From the NCBI GenBank assembly GCA_028534125.1, contig CM052818.1, positions 3,288,001 through 3,352,000 of the forward strand: a stretch of 64,000 nt of DNA, in the 5' to 3' direction. A program made the translations under genes and the position numbers. The DNA comes from Lama glama (lineage: Eukaryota). Below are positions 37,360 to 51,489 of the stretch, one piece after another; position 1 is the stretch's first letter, and each line of letters begins with the position of its first letter. The notes under the pieces are model-generated. The model was not told the DNA's origin. It ran no database searches and worked only from the letters and a program-made list of their open reading frames with translations.

Positions 37360-37903
37360 GAAGCCTCCTTTTCCTCACCTCCCCAAACACTGTCAGGAAG
37401 ACCCACTTGGTGGAGCAGAAGGGCATCCCTGGGGGTCACTTGGGCTCCACCTCCTCCTCCTAGCTCTGCAGGGGCCTTAATCTGCCCTTGATGGGGGAGG
37501 CTTCCCTTCAGAAAGGAAGAGGTAAGGGAGAGCAGGTTGGCTTTCTTAGAGGGGGGAGAGGGTCCTCATGGTTGTCAAGCTGCTGTTGGTGGCAAAAACT
37601 CGAAGGCTAAAAGAAGGTTCCAAGAAGGCTAGAAATGATTATCTCTGAGAGAGAACTGGGGGACCCCTTCAGATCCCCTGAGATGTGACTCCATCACCTT
37701 CAGGCCCAGGTAACCTGTCTCAGCTGGGTTTGGTCCTGGCTGCAGGGTCCTTGCGAGCATGACCCAGCCCCCTTGGTGAGGGTCACGGCTGCTCTGGGAT
37801 TCTTCGCTGTTGGGTCTTTTTACCTGCATGATGTGTGTTTCCTTCTGTCATTTGCCTTGAAAGCCATTGGATCTTGTGCCAGTAATTCATTACTTCAAAA
37901 ACC

Positions 37904-37909
37904 AATAAA
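37904..37909 (+). terminator. ASPRV1: ASPRV1 polyadenylation signal AATAAA
   Basis: First AATAAA I see after the stop (~545 nt downstream), followed by GT-rich tgtaatgtgctgattg. Confidence 0.75.
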
Positions 37910-38313
37910 GATTGACTCATGGAAAAACCATGTAATGTGCTGATTGGGGAATGAATGGAATGGATGGGAGAGGGTGGAGAAAACAGGGAGGGAATGGCAA
38001 ACGGGAGGAAGATTCAAGTATTTACTAGGGCCTGGCTTGGAGATGGAAAACATACAGTGACGATATATCTTGAGTTTTCTAAGACACCCTCAATTTCAAA
38101 TATTTTAAGTTATTTTCTCCATAATCCTAATCAAATCTTAATTCCTCTAAGCATTACAAACTATATTTTAGCATCCAAATTGCCTCTTACACTCCAAAGT
38201 GACCCTAAAGAAGTTGTCAGGTCTTGATTGGGGATTGGAAAATTATGGTTATTTAAAAATAAAAGGTTAGAATCTGCCTAGCAAATAGGTTCTTACAGCT
38301 ACCTAGGATCCCC

Positions 38314-38813
38314 NNNNNNNNNNNNNNNNNNNNNNNNNNNNNNNNNNNNNNNNNNNNNNNNNNNNNNNNNNNNNNNNNNNNNNNNNNNNNNNNNNNNNNN
38401 NNNNNNNNNNNNNNNNNNNNNNNNNNNNNNNNNNNNNNNNNNNNNNNNNNNNNNNNNNNNNNNNNNNNNNNNNNNNNNNNNNNNNNNNNNNNNNNNNNNN
38501 NNNNNNNNNNNNNNNNNNNNNNNNNNNNNNNNNNNNNNNNNNNNNNNNNNNNNNNNNNNNNNNNNNNNNNNNNNNNNNNNNNNNNNNNNNNNNNNNNNNN
38601 NNNNNNNNNNNNNNNNNNNNNNNNNNNNNNNNNNNNNNNNNNNNNNNNNNNNNNNNNNNNNNNNNNNNNNNNNNNNNNNNNNNNNNNNNNNNNNNNNNNN
38701 NNNNNNNNNNNNNNNNNNNNNNNNNNNNNNNNNNNNNNNNNNNNNNNNNNNNNNNNNNNNNNNNNNNNNNNNNNNNNNNNNNNNNNNNNNNNNNNNNNNN
38801 NNNNNNNNNNNNN
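38314..38813. other. Assembly gap, exactly 500 N
   Basis: Run of N of round length, i.e. a scaffolding placeholder of unknown true size. Confidence 0.99.
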
Positions 38814-39389
38814 GTGCACGCGGGCTGCTGAGCCCTGTCCTGGGTGAACAGCAATGAGGTGACCTGTGTCCCAGCCGCAGAGACCCTTTGTCCCCTGCTC
38901 TGGGTGAGGACAGCGTCTGGGCCACGAGGCTCGCAGCCAGTTTCTCTCCTGGAGGAAAGTGAGCGCCCGGCGTGGGCCCCGGAGGACTGACACATCCCAG
39001 CACAGGCTCCGTGGACGAAGGTTCTAAGCGGTGGTTCTTACAGAACTTAAGACACGGGGTGTGTGTGTGTCAGTTACCAACGCGATTGTGTGAAGGGAAC
39101 ACAGGCTGCAAGACGGGGAACAGAATGTCAAGGGGGAGGGGAGGCTGGTGAGCCATAAAGTAGGTTTTCAGCCACACAAGGCAGAAGGCTTGATGCTTGG
39201 GTGAGAAGTTAGCACTTGACTTGCACGCAAGTGTTTGAACCCGGGAGGAGCAGGAAGGTTCACCTGGATTCTGGGTGTAGAATAAAGCGGCAGCAGAAGA
39301 CTCCAGCTTGGAAGCCATGGCAGCACTCAGACTTAGCGTCTGAGTTTGAGATGAAGGATGGGAGGAGGCAGGCGCAGGCAGCGAGGTGA

Positions 39390-39682
39390 AGGTCTCAGCC
39401 TGGCTGCACATTAGAATCACCTGGGGAGGGCAATTAAAGCCGCTTCTCCCGGTGGTCCTGATGTGCAGCCGGGCTCGAGAACGCCTGGTCCAAGTCCCAG
39501 CTGTATCCACCCCCTGGCGACCCAAAGGGTGACCCCTGGACCAGCAGAAAGGCAGTGTGAGCATCACCCGGGAGCTGGTTAGACACAGAGAATCTCATCC
39601 CCACCCTGACCGGCAGCAGAACCTGCACAGAACAAGATCCCCAGGTGATTCTCATGCACACAAATGGTTGAAAAGCTCTGGC
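39390..39682. mobile_element. Two adjacent MER5A-like MITEs
   Basis: ggctgcacattagaatcacctggggag; gcatcacccgggagctggttagacacagagaatctcatcccca...aacaagatccccaggtgattctcatgcaca. Confidence 0.65.
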
Positions 39683-39824
39683 CTAGAACATTCTGATACC
39701 TCCAGTTAAGGGGGCAACTCATGGCCCACACCAGACACCCTCTTTACTAATGACCGTCGTACACTAAATGCCTACTAGTTCCACCAGCTGTGCCAGATAA
39801 TCATGCTTTTATCCAGCAAACATT

Positions 39825-41340
39825 TTATTTCTAAGCTTTTGTTCTGACATAATTTCAGACTTAGAAAAACATTGCAAGAGTCATACAATGAATTTCCATA
39901 TATTGTTCACCTGGTTTCTCCAAATATTAACATTTCATCAGCTAACTTTATCATTCTCTCTCACTCTCATTCTCTGTGTCTAGATGTACATGAACTGTCT
40001 GAAAATTTCAAATATGATAGAGGTAATTGTTTACCTCTAAATAGTTTATTTCCTAAAATACAAGGGATTCTCTTATGTGACCACAATACAATGATCAAAA
40101 TCAGAAAATTAACATTGATATAATATTACGATCAGCAAATCTGCAGGCTTTATTACATTTTCCCAATTATACCAGTGATAACCTTTATAGCAAAAGAAAA
40201 CAATTGTTTTCTGGTCCAGGATCCAGTCCAGCCACACATTGCATTTAATTGTCCTGTCTCTTTAGTTCCTTCAGTCTGGCTGTGTCTTTCATGAGCTTTG
40301 ACATTTATGAAAAGGCCTGATCAGTTATTTTGTAGAGTGTGAATCTACATTTGGTGGCTCTGATATTTTCTCAGGATTGGATACAGGCTATGTGTTTGTG
40401 GCAGGAATACCCTGAAGTGATGGGTGCTGTGTCCTCAGTGGACCATATCAGGAGGCATGGGGTAACTGTTCCATTACTGGTGATGTTAACTTTCATTAGC
40501 TGGTCAAAGTGGTGTCTGCCAGGTTTTCCCCTGAAAACTACATATATTTGCCCTGTGTAATTAATAAGTGTCTTCCAGGTTGATGCTCTGAGACTATATA
40601 AACAGCCTTTCTCATCAGTCACCCACTCCATCCATTGATGAGCCTTGCCTGTCGATGGTGATATTGTAATTCTACCCTTGTCCATCTGCTAGCTGGCACT
40701 CAGCTCTACAGGAGAGCTTTCCCTTCCTGTTTGTTTCTTATGTCTTTATTTATATAATTGTAGACTCACAGACGCTTATCCAATGTTATACCCTTTCATG
40801 ATCATTATTTATTTTGACACTCAAATTGTTTTAAATTTGGCCTTAGGTGACTCTTCAAACTGGTTTCTATCTTCTTGGGATGTGGTCCCCATCACCATCT
40901 GAGCACACCCTTGTTTTCTGTCACAAGATGTTCCACATTCATCTTGTGCTTTTTCCCTGCACCATCCCTGTAATCGGCCACTTCTCCGAGGAGCCCTTGT
41001 TCCTTTTGGTGGAGTCTGGTATTTAGAAGCCAGGATCTGGGTGTTAGATGTTTTCCTTGCTACTAGGGTGTCATTATTCCTAGGTCATCTCAGTGGTCTG
41101 ATCTGAGAAAAAAAATGTCGTACATCTATATGTGTTTCTGTATCTCTCTCTCTATATATATGTATATTTAAAATATGAGTTTATAGTGAACCTCCAATTC
41201 CAACCTAGCATCATAGGGTTTATTCTAATCTTCCCATTTTCCATAGTTGCCACTGCTTTCTCCAATGAGAAACCTGACTACAGGTTATTTATTTGCTAGA
41301 ATACCCAGAAAGGAGTTTCAGAATTGCTAACCCTTATGAA
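39825..41340 (-). mobile_element. Ancient L1 (L1MC/ME-like) 3' region
   Basis: ataatttcagacttagaaaaacattgcaaga; tttctggtccaggatccagtcca; cacttctccgaggagcccttgttccttttggtggagtctggtatttagaagccaggatctggg. Confidence 0.7.
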
Positions 41341-43744
41341 AAACAAACCCAGAAGCAACCAGTTATTAATCACCTACTCAGCGCCAGGTGTGGGTGGTCC
41401 TTAACAGCAAATAAGAAAGGTGAATTATGAAATAGACTGCAGTCGTCATAAGGAGAGCAAAAGCTCCCAGGTGTACTTAGGTGCCAGTCTGAGGGACTTA
41501 CTTCATCTTGAGAACACAATGTGTCCATCAGAGGGCAGCTGGAGTCAGAGACTGACGGCCACAAGTCTCTTGCAGCAATGCTGAAGGAGTGGCCAGCCTC
41601 CATGCCCCAGAGAGGTGACCTGGCCTGCCCACCTGGTCCTCAGCCCCCGAGGAGACACTGAGGCAGCTGTCAGAGCTGAAGTCACCACATGTTCCAGTCC
41701 CATCAGTCACTGTCCTAGCCAGAGTCCACCGTTGCCAAGCAACCCCAGGTAATGAATGTGGCTTCTCTGGCTGGGCTGCCAGGAGGGCAGACTCTGATAA
41801 GGCCACTCTCACCACCCACTCCACCCAGCTGTTGTTTCTCATTGTGGGCTCAGAAACTGGTTCTCAAGTTCTGACTGCTCAGATACTGTGGGCCAGTCTC
41901 TCCCAAGCCTGGATGGTCATGAATTCTCCATGTGTTGCTTATGGGACTTGCCTGGGGCCAGCCTTGCCCTGCTCCATCTCTCTGAGCGTCTTCCAGCACT
42001 GGGAAGTGTGTGTAGTGAGCCCTGCCCTCCAGGGATTTACAGTCTGAAGAGGGAGGCAGCCAGGCAAAGGAACCCCGGGCCTTAGAGTGGCGGGCGCTGT
42101 GACCCCTCCCCACTCCGTCTGCGCAGGGGCAAGAAGAGGGTCACATAGGGATGAGGATCGGCGTGGGGGGTCAGGAAGGGCTCCACAGAGGCGATCTCTA
42201 GCCTGAGTCTTGAAAGACAAGTGGTTGTTTCCCCAGGTGATTCAGGGTGGAGGGAGAAACATGAGGAAAGGGAGAGAGGGAGCAAGCTGGGCTGGTGCCA
42301 CCTAACGAGGTGACTGGTGTTGGGGAGACTGAGGGTCAGGTGTGAGGGTCCTATATGACCTTTGAGAAAACTCCAGAAGGCTAGGGATAGCTGATGCTGG
42401 ATTTCTTCAGTTCTAAGATGCACTCAATTCAAAAGTGCATTATAAATTTAATTTTTTTTGGAGAAAGAAAAAATAAATCCTGTAACATTAATATATATAC
42501 CAATGGTATATCCTGATTTAAAAAGCAGTAAAATGTATTTGTATTTGTGGGGTGGGGGGGTGCCTGTGGGCCCTGAAGTAGAGAAAATGTTTGACTTCAT
42601 CTCAAGTACCAACTCGGGTCCATGCAGCTGCTTGGTGGGAGGCACGGCAAAGGATTCTCGGATTGCATTTAGACACAGACAGAGAGGTGCTGTGATTGAT
42701 TAGTAATGTCTGCCCTGGGAGCAAGTGTGGAGAATAAGCACCTGCTTTCTCTGCTGTGTGCAGTCCTTTGTCCTTCAGTAATGGGAAGAAGGCAGGGAAG
42801 TGACATGTTGACATCTGCATTTATAACACATCTGAGCCTCACTACAAACTCAGAGATGTGTGAGAAATGTCATTTAAAAATTTTTTTCCCAGCTATACTT
42901 CATTAAAAAAAATATTTCTCTAGCAAATAAAAATTTCCCCCCAATTAAAGCTAATTATATCTAAGTCTCCATTCAGCCAGGCTGTTAAGACAGTCACTCT
43001 CACTCATTTTGGGGGGCATTTCCTGCTCTGGATTGGGGAAAGGTCCCAGAATCTTGTGCAGCACTGAAGCCTTGCAGCGAGAGTGGCTGCCAGTCATAGG
43101 CGCCCTTGTCTCTGGCCGCAGGAGCCCTTTAGGCCACGTGGCTGTGCTGCTGTCTGTGCCATGCTTGGGCATCCAAGGAGCCCTGGTCTTGGGTCCTGCC
43201 TTCCTAGGGACACCAGGCACCCTCTCCCTGGATGCCTTGTCACTTCCTCGGGATGAGGCTGCTGAGTTGTGTGTGGGTGTCTGTTCTCTCCAGGACTGCC
43301 CACTGTCCATCCCCTGTCCAGCCAGATCTGTCCTCCTCATCTCCTGTCACTCAGCCCGAGGCCATCCCACACCCCCCATCCAGGGCACTCAAATACGTCC
43401 TCATCCGTGGGTTTGGGCAGATCCAAAATGGGGAAGGCAACCCTGGCTTTTGCCCAGAAATGTAAGAGAGCCCTAAAAGCCCTGGCTACTTGTCTGAGAT
43501 GGAGGAATCAGGAGCAGAAGCACACACTGCTGTTTTCACGTCCCACAACCCTGGGAGAGAGCACAGAGAATAAGACGGGGTGCAGGGAAGTTGTCTGGTG
43601 AGGGTGCTGTGCTGCCTGGGGCAGGCTGAAGAGGGTACCCAGGCTCCGTGGGGAAGGGGCCGATTCCCGAGGTAACTGAAAGAGAAGCCAACAGGACTTG
43701 GGGACATCAGTCATGGGATGTGAGAGAGGGACAAGTCTAGGGTG

Positions 43745-43980
43745 GCAGTGCTCAAGCGGGGGCAGTTTTGACCCCAGGGCACATTTGGCAATGTCTGGGG
43801 ATGTTTTTGGTTGTCACAGCTTTGGGGGGTAGGGAGGTTGCTAATGGCATCTGGTGGGTGGAGACCAGGGATGTCGCTGAACACCCTCCAGCGCGCATGA
43901 CGCTGCTCCCGCCCCCTTCCGCCAACTCAGAATTCCCCAGCCCCGCGTGTCAGCCAACAGTGCCGAGGCTGGGAGACCGG
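43745..43980 (+). mobile_element. MER20 (hAT-Charlie) MITE
   Basis: gggggcagttttgaccccagggcacatttggcaatgtctggggatgtttttggttgtcac...ggcatctggtgggtggagaccagggatgtcgctgaaca. Confidence 0.8.
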
Positions 43981-45709
43981 GCCCCAGGTGACCCACGGCT
44001 TGCTGCTGTGGCCACTCCTCTCCAAGGCTCACAAAACCCCTGCAATGTAGGCTTTATCCCCACTTAACAGATGGGGAAGTTGAAATCAGGAGAGGTTAGT
44101 CTGCCCAGTGTTGCTCTAATGGGAAATGATTGAACTGAGGTTGGCACTGAGGTCGGCCTGACTTTAGAATATTCAGTTCAGTTCACTGGAGAAGTTTGGA
44201 CAAAGATTTGGTGAAAAAAAATTTAGGTGGTTTTCATCTATTATAGAGCAAGGCAAGACAAAGTGGGTGAAAATGAATTTGAAAAGCTGAAATGTCCAAT
44301 AAAGAAGTCCTCGTTAATGAAATAATGTGGAAGGTATTTGCAAAACCATGTTAACTGTGGCTGGAAACATTCATTGTTTTTTGTCACTTTATGAAAAAAA
44401 ATTGACAAAAATCAAACAGGTAGAGGAGACGTACTGGCTGAAAAAAAACTAGGAGGGAAAAAACCCGCTAAAGCCTTCCCCAAATTCTGCATCCTTTTTT
44501 GATTGTTGCTTGTTGATTTTTTTCATTGTTTCAATTCTTTGTAGTGTTTTTTCTTTCTTTTGCAAAGACAATAATACTGCTCATTATAGGAAAACCAGAA
44601 AATTAGGTCAATCCAAAAGAATATAAAGGCGCTTCATGAAGAACCCTGCATCCACTCACCCTCCCGAGGTCAGTCGTGACACATTTACCCAGGCCTTCCC
44701 CGACAGGCTCTCCTATGGACGCATTTGCCTTCATTCTGTCTCTCACTCTCTAAATCTCGTTTTTCCTTTTTAGCAAACATAAGATTATACAGTACTTTCT
44801 GTTTTGTAAACTCCCCTACTTTACTTAGCCAATTCCCTATTCTTGGACATTCAGATTGTTTCCAACATTTTGCTGTTACAAACCTCACAGGTCAGTAATG
44901 AGAAGGAACAGACCGCAACCACAAATGACACGCACAAACCTCACAGCCAAAATGTGAGTGGAAAAGCCGGACACAGACGTGTGCAGCATGAGTCCATTTA
45001 TAAAATATTCTAAAACAAATAGGCAACATACAGATGTGCACTCAGGAGACAACATTATAAGGGCAAGAAAGATGTGATTAGGGCAGAAGCAGGCTGACCT
45101 GTCCCTTTGGGTAATGAGGGTTCTGTGTCTGGAAGGGCATTTGGGGGCCCCTAGGGTCTGGCAGTGTCCTGGTGCTTGGCTGGTTAGGATCTATGTGGGT
45201 GTTTAGAATAATTCATTGAGTAGCACATTGATGTTTTATGTACCTTTATCAATATGTGCGACATTTCATGATACATTTTTTAAAATGAACAGAATTAAAG
45301 TAGTTGGCTAAAATATTAACTAGAAATTTAAAGCAAGAGAGCAAATTTATTCTGAAATTTAAGCAAAATATTTGAAATGGTACAAGAGGATGCCCTCCAC
45401 TTCCCCACTACATCAAAATTCCAATTTCTGAAAAATCAGGTGGAGTGTCCTTTTTTAGATCAAATTGTCCTTCAGGCTGAATTGTTTTCCTTCCAATTTG
45501 TTCTCCATCAAATTGCTTTTGTTTTTCACCAAGTCACCTAGATTAGTCTGAAGCTCAGGCATTTTCCCTGACCCTCAGTGCACTGCCTTCCTACAGCTCT
45601 GATGGTGATCAAGTCCATAATTTGTAGGAGAAGCCTCATTCCCCGTGTCTCACTGTTGGCCCCTGGGGCATGTGACATTGGAGACTGTTGTCTGCCTCCG
45701 TTCTGAGCC

Positions 45710-46260
45710 AGAAGTTTGTCTCTTATTCACTCACTCATCTGTCCGTCCGTCCGTCGGTCCTTTTGGGTCTTTGTGCGCCCCGCTGCATGTCGGGCACTGT
45801 CCTAGGTACTGGGGTGGAGCCACCATGGAGCGGTCAGCCTCTGCTCTTGCGCAGCCGCATTTGAATACCAAACAGACAAAAAGATGAACCGTCCTGTGGT
45901 GATAAAGGGAAGAGAATCAGGGTAAGGGGGATAGTGGATTGAGAGTGATCAGGGTGTGCAGTTTTATACAGAGGGGGTCTGGGGCCTTGTGGAATAAGGT
46001 GATGTTTGCACAGAGGCCTGAGTGAAGTGAGGTGGCAGAGAGAGCATTCCAGGCAGAAGGAGTAGCAAGTGCAGAGGCCCAGGTGTTCCGGGCATAGCCC
46101 ACAGGCCAGGGTGGGTGGAGCAGAGAGAGTGAGGGCTGGGGCAGTAGGACCAGGGAGGGTGGCCAGGGCCAGATCAGGTGGGGACCTGCCACTGATGAGA
46201 CCAGGTGTGCTGCTGAGCGGGATGGAGTTCACAGGAGGGTTTGGGCTGGCGAGGAAGGCT
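45710..46260 (+). mobile_element. L2 fragment
   Basis: ttattcactcactcat...gggcactgtcctaggtactgggg...gagagcattccaggcagaaggagtagcaagtgcagaggccc. Confidence 0.6.
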
Positions 46261-49200
46261 GGGATCTGATGCCTGTTTTAAAGGGGTTGTGGATGGGGGG
46301 TGGGGAGAGCCCGGGGAGCAGAGCTGGGGAGGAAGCTTTGCTTGGCCCGTTGCTGCCTTGGGCCAGCCCTTCCAGGGCCCCTCCTTGCTCTGGTTTGCCC
46401 TTTGGGCCTCTTCATGTGAGCTTGGGGCTTCGCTCTGCGGTGGTCACTTCGCTCTGGAGACTCGGCTTCCAGCCCACTGGTGACAGCCTCTCTGTGACAG
46501 GTGCGTTCACGGCCAAGTACAGGAGCCTGCACTTAGCTCTTAAAACGCGTCTGTCCAAGACACCCCTCACTTCAGCCTGTCAGGAATGTTTGAATCCTGA
46601 TTCTGTTAGGTGGTCTGGGTGCCAGCTCTCAACCTGGGGGTCATCCCAGGTGTGGGCAATGTCCAGCCACCCCCAACTCTTAAGTTCCCGTAGCCACGTT
46701 GGATGGGTCAGGGCTGGGGACAATGTCCCATTTGTGCCACTGGTTGCCTTCTTGTAGGTCGACCCATGTCCACTGATTTAACCTCCGAGGGACCGTGAGT
46801 AATTTGTCAATAAAATACTGAAATTTGCAGATGTACTTTTTGAAAATGCGCAACGGAGCAGATTCTAGGCTAGGCCTGTAAAAACATTATTCTCATTTAC
46901 TTGCAATCCAGTGAACTGTCTTGAGTTGGGGAGAAAGGGTGGTGTTCCTTCCGCTTGTGACAGGTGACTCAGACCCAGGTCAGCTCTGCTGCTGCCTCTG
47001 GCCTCTGTGGAAACCCCGGAGGAGCCCAGTTCCTCTAGATGAGGTGGGGTTACCTTCCGCCCTGAGGTGGTTTCTTTGGCAAGTTCATTTCCACTACTTA
47101 AAGAAAAACACACTCACCTCCCCTCTCCACACCCTTGACCCCCGTAACCTCACCATGGCTTGGTCAACCTCACTTCCTCCTGCTTGCAACAGAAAAGACA
47201 GGAACATTTTTCACTATATGCAGGCAGTGCTCCTGTATGACCATCCCCCTTGTTCTCTATAAGGGTGGATCTGAAATGACTTCCAGAATTATATATTAAT
47301 ATGGGAAAATTTAAAAATAAAAATCAGGGTCAGAGAAAAGACTAGGGGGGACTTTAGGATACCAACATACAAATCAGTGTCTTACATAATTACTAAAGGT
47401 GAGGTATAAATTTGGCTTTGAGCTTCCTGGCAGCCAAAGCAAGAAGAGAAAGATGTCCCATTTCATGATTCACCATTTCCCTGAGGAAACTCACACCCAT
47501 TCTGTAGGGAAAGCAATGGGATTCCTGCACTGAGTTCTGAAAGGTGATTTTGCCCAACATTAAAGTATCTACGCGTGGTGAAGGGAGGGCAGTGTCACCC
47601 AAGTCCTCTCCTGAGCATCTGTTTCCACTGATGTTCCTTCTGGGCCCCATGCTGTTCCAAGCCCCGGGCTGGTCTACACTTGACCAGCAGCTTCTTTAAC
47701 TCAAGCTTTTAACTGTAAAGTTGCGGACAATGTCACAACCTCTGCAGTTGCCCAATGTTCCCACTTGAAGTGTGGCATCTTCCTTGGTGGCCTGACTAGA
47801 GCTCTAGCCCCTGTTGGTCTGAATTTGCTGTTGGAAAGATAATGTGCAAACGCTGGGACTGGAGGATCTCACATGCTTCTGATGAAGCACCTGAAAAGTA
47901 GGCATTTTAGCAGGAGTCTCTCTCGGAGCCACCCCTGCACTGCCTGCTTTCTCTCTGAGAGCTGCCCTGTGGGGCTGAGGGGTTTTCGGGCGAGCAGCTC
48001 CCAGGTGAGGTACCACCTGAAAAACGGCCCCTCCCCCATGGGCGGTCACCTTCTGTCCCTGAGTCACCCTTTCTCTGCTCCTCCTTTCAGTTTAACCACT
48101 TCCTGCCCACCATTTGCTGTCTAAACAGCACAGTCAGAATGACATCTTTGAACCCTGTAATGTAATTTTCCTTCCCAGGCTGATTTCTTTTCTGAAGGTC
48201 AGAATTTTGTTTTCTGAAAATCTAAGTTCCATACCTGACACTGTGGCAGCTCCTCTCCTTGCTGGTAAAATAATCATAATTGTTCCCAGGTATGAAGTGC
48301 CTTCGGGACGTCAGGCACTGGGCTGGGTTCCTTCCATAGCCTGTCTCTCTTAATCCCCCCAACAGCCCCAGGAAATAAGTCCTATTCTGATCCTCGCTTT
48401 ACAGACCAGGAAGATAGAGCCCAAGACGCTTGCCCCGGGTCACCCAGAGTGGACAGGGTTGACATGGCTTTGGCCTGTGGGTCCCTCTGACCAGAGTCTG
48501 TGTGCTGGACTGTCATGCAGGACCCCCTTCCGGGGCATCTAAGGGACACGGCACTCCCCCTGAGGCTCTCTCCATCCCCTCAGCCAGTCTGCTCATCTTT
48601 GTTGGTCAGAATCCCCTCCAGTGCTTCACGGTGACATTATTATCTACCCTCCAGGCCATGGGACTATCAGCAAGGCAAGGAGAGAGGCGGCCAGATATTC
48701 TGTCTTTAACTAAATGAACTTTCCAGCAGATGGGTGTTCAGCCTCCCATCCCACTGGCCCCTGTGCTGGGCTGGGGACCGCCTGCAGGTGCGACCCTGCA
48801 TGGCTATCTGGGCGGCCAGTGGGGTTGGTCCAGCTGATGTGTTTGTTCTCCCTTTTTTCTGTCCCCCGGGACCTCCAGGTGTCTTCTCTCTCAGGTCCAC
48901 AGTTTCCTCAAAGGTAGACAGACCCCTGACACCGACTCCCTGCCTTGACGGTCCTCGCTCACCTCTGTCCCCAAGGGAGGCTGAGAGCTTTCTATCAAAG
49001 TCTCCCTCCTGCTCTCCCAGGGCCTCAGTGAACCTCCCCAGACCCGAGCCCCCAGTCCTGGCTCTGTCCTGGCCTTGGGGCCATCCGCTTTCTTCCTGCG
49101 CTGGCTCTTGCTGAGCCTGTCTTCACCAGGGAGACTGGCCTGCGAGGGAGGGAGGCTTCAGGTCGGCCTGAAGGGGGGTCCGCCACTCTCTCCCAACACG

Positions 49201-51489
49201 AAGCTGCCTTTCCCTTAGGGAGTCAGCAGCCTCACCCGCCTCGTCGGCTGGGCTCCACATGGACGCCCCACGAATCCCACACAGGACAGAGCGGGCAGAG
49301 AGCTGACCTGTCACCCAGGCAGTGTCACGTCCTGCACAGTGCTTCCTGGGGGTCCCTCGACCACTGGGAGCCAAGTGTCCCAAACTGATGTGAAGGCCAT
49401 AGGGCTGTCGGAAACAGGCTGCTATTCTAGCGTCTCTGGGCAGGGATCTGGGTGTGTCCCTCCTCATCTAGGTCACAGTGACATCTCAGAGGTGGGTGAA
49501 GGGCACTCGAGAATAGGGCTCCAAGGCCCAAGTGGATGCTGTATTTGGTAAATACTAGTTGAATCAATAGAGTGATGTCACAGGGTCTACAACCCAAAAG
49601 ATGTGGTAGAGAAAGAGTATCTTCAACTCTTGAAAGGATGTCTTCCTCGGGCAGCAGGCTGGGTTATGGCCACAGGAGCCTGGTCAGGGTCAGGAGTCGC
49701 TGGTTATTCCTCGCTGTGAGCTCGGCGGGGGAGCTGAGACTGAGGGGTAGGGGGTGACGCCCCACAGTGTCTGGTGCTTCCCCATTCCTGCCCCGCTAAC
49801 TGAAACGTGAGTCCTGTCCATGGGAAAGAGGTAGCTGTGTTCAAAGGCTTGACAAAGAAAAGGTGCTGTGTATGGAAAACTGGTTATGATTTGAAACATT
49901 GGCAACTGTCAAAAATCGAGGCAAGGGAGTGTGGGGCTCTGGGGTCAGATCTCACCAGCTCCATTGACTTGAAGCAAAATGCCTCATCTCTCTCTCTGCT
50001 TCCCGATCTGTGTAATGGGTGCAAGGACAGCACTCGCCCCTGGGGCTGACGTGTGGGTCCCGGGAGCACGGAGTTGAGCACTCAGCCCCAGTCCGTGCGC
50101 GTTGACCATTATTATGACATGGACCCAAAGAGCATAATGAGGGGCCCTTTCCATCAGGCTGCTGCGAACAACCCATCAGGAAACCTTGGAAATGAGATTT
50201 GTCATCTTGCTGGGGGAGGCAGTCTTTGCGTGAGAGCTGTCTTTGTGTTTATCTGTGGTTCGGAGCTTCCCCTCCTCGGCCGCAGTACACGGGGATCCCA
50301 GTGCTGGGGTAGGACGTGGCTCTCGTTGATGTTGCTGGCAGTTTGCTCTTGGGTGGCTTCAGTTTGGAGCCCGGCCACAGAGCTTGTCCTAGAATCTCAC
50401 GTCCTAGGAGGGCTCAGCACGGGGCCCCTGCTTTTTGGAGAAAGAAGAACTAGGCTGCTCTTCCCAGATAGAAAAACCAAGATTCTTTTCCCTAAGACCT
50501 GCAGGCTGCAGGCCATCGAAGTTAACTTCAAGGACACCATAAAAAAAAGGTTTCACAAATTTTAGGTGGTTTTTAGAATAAGAAGTCACTGGTCAAGAAG
50601 GGGAGAGACACGCCTTTCCTCTTAATGCTAAGCGAGCGTTCCGCCGAGGGAACAGGAGCAGTCAGGTCGGGCCGTGCGCTCGGCTCCGCAAACCTGCCCC
50701 GCCGAGAACTTGAACGCGTCGGTTGCACTAGAGAGGAGGCCCCAGAGGGCAGGGTTTTTTGTGTTTTGTTCACTGACATGCCTTCAGCTCTAAGGGCACA
50801 GAGCAGGCGCTCAATCCCTGCTTGTCATATGAATGAAGAAATGGAAATTAACCAAAGGGGTAAATATATAAAAAACCCCAAATCTCCTATACAAGATGCC
50901 TCTTCTCTTCTCAGTGACTCGTGCGATACCGGAGGTCTTTCCCGGCGTGGTGTCCCCCCGCCAGGGTCCCAGCACACACCCCAGTCCCGCGGGGCTCTCC
51001 CTTCCCCTCCACCTGCCTCGTTGCACTGGCTGTCCTCTCTCCCTGCAAGGATGCTTTTCAGCCAACACCCACTCCTTCTCCAGGACCCAACTCGAATGCC
51101 ACCACCTCTGTGATTTCTCACCGCCCGTCCCTGTACAGCTTTGTTCCACCCCTGACCACATCGCATTAACTTGCGACCAGACCCTGGCCTGCTGGAAAGG
51201 TGGGGCGGTCTCGTTTGCTAGGCAGCCCTGCACAAACCTCCATCGTCAGAGGGGTGTGCAAGAGCCAAGAGCCAGTGTGTGAGCGGGAGACACAGGAGGA
51301 GAGCAGCTGGAAAGGGTCCCTCCCAGAGCCACACACTCAAAGCTCCTATCACAGACTCCAGGGGCTGAAAACTGTGGGCCCGCGAATCTTCCATGACATT
51401 AAAAGGAAAGAGAAATCTGATTAACTTGGGTCTGTAAGTAAAAACCATAAGAGGTTAAACGGGGATACAAAACATCAGGAAGACCGAAA

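Noticed and set aside
37505..37562. Purine-rich tract in the ASPRV1 3'UTR as a relic polypurine tract/LTR start
   Set aside because: No paired LTRs, primer-binding site or RT/integrase remnants are visible around ASPRV1.
38253..39003. Three 230-246 aa ORFs
   Set aside because: Artefacts of translating the N gap.
41525..41538. CTCF-like motif CCATCAGAGGGCAG (others near 940, 35115, 39510, 57895)
   Set aside because: Degenerate matches are expected by chance in 64 kb of GC-rich DNA; unsupported without ChIP or conservation.
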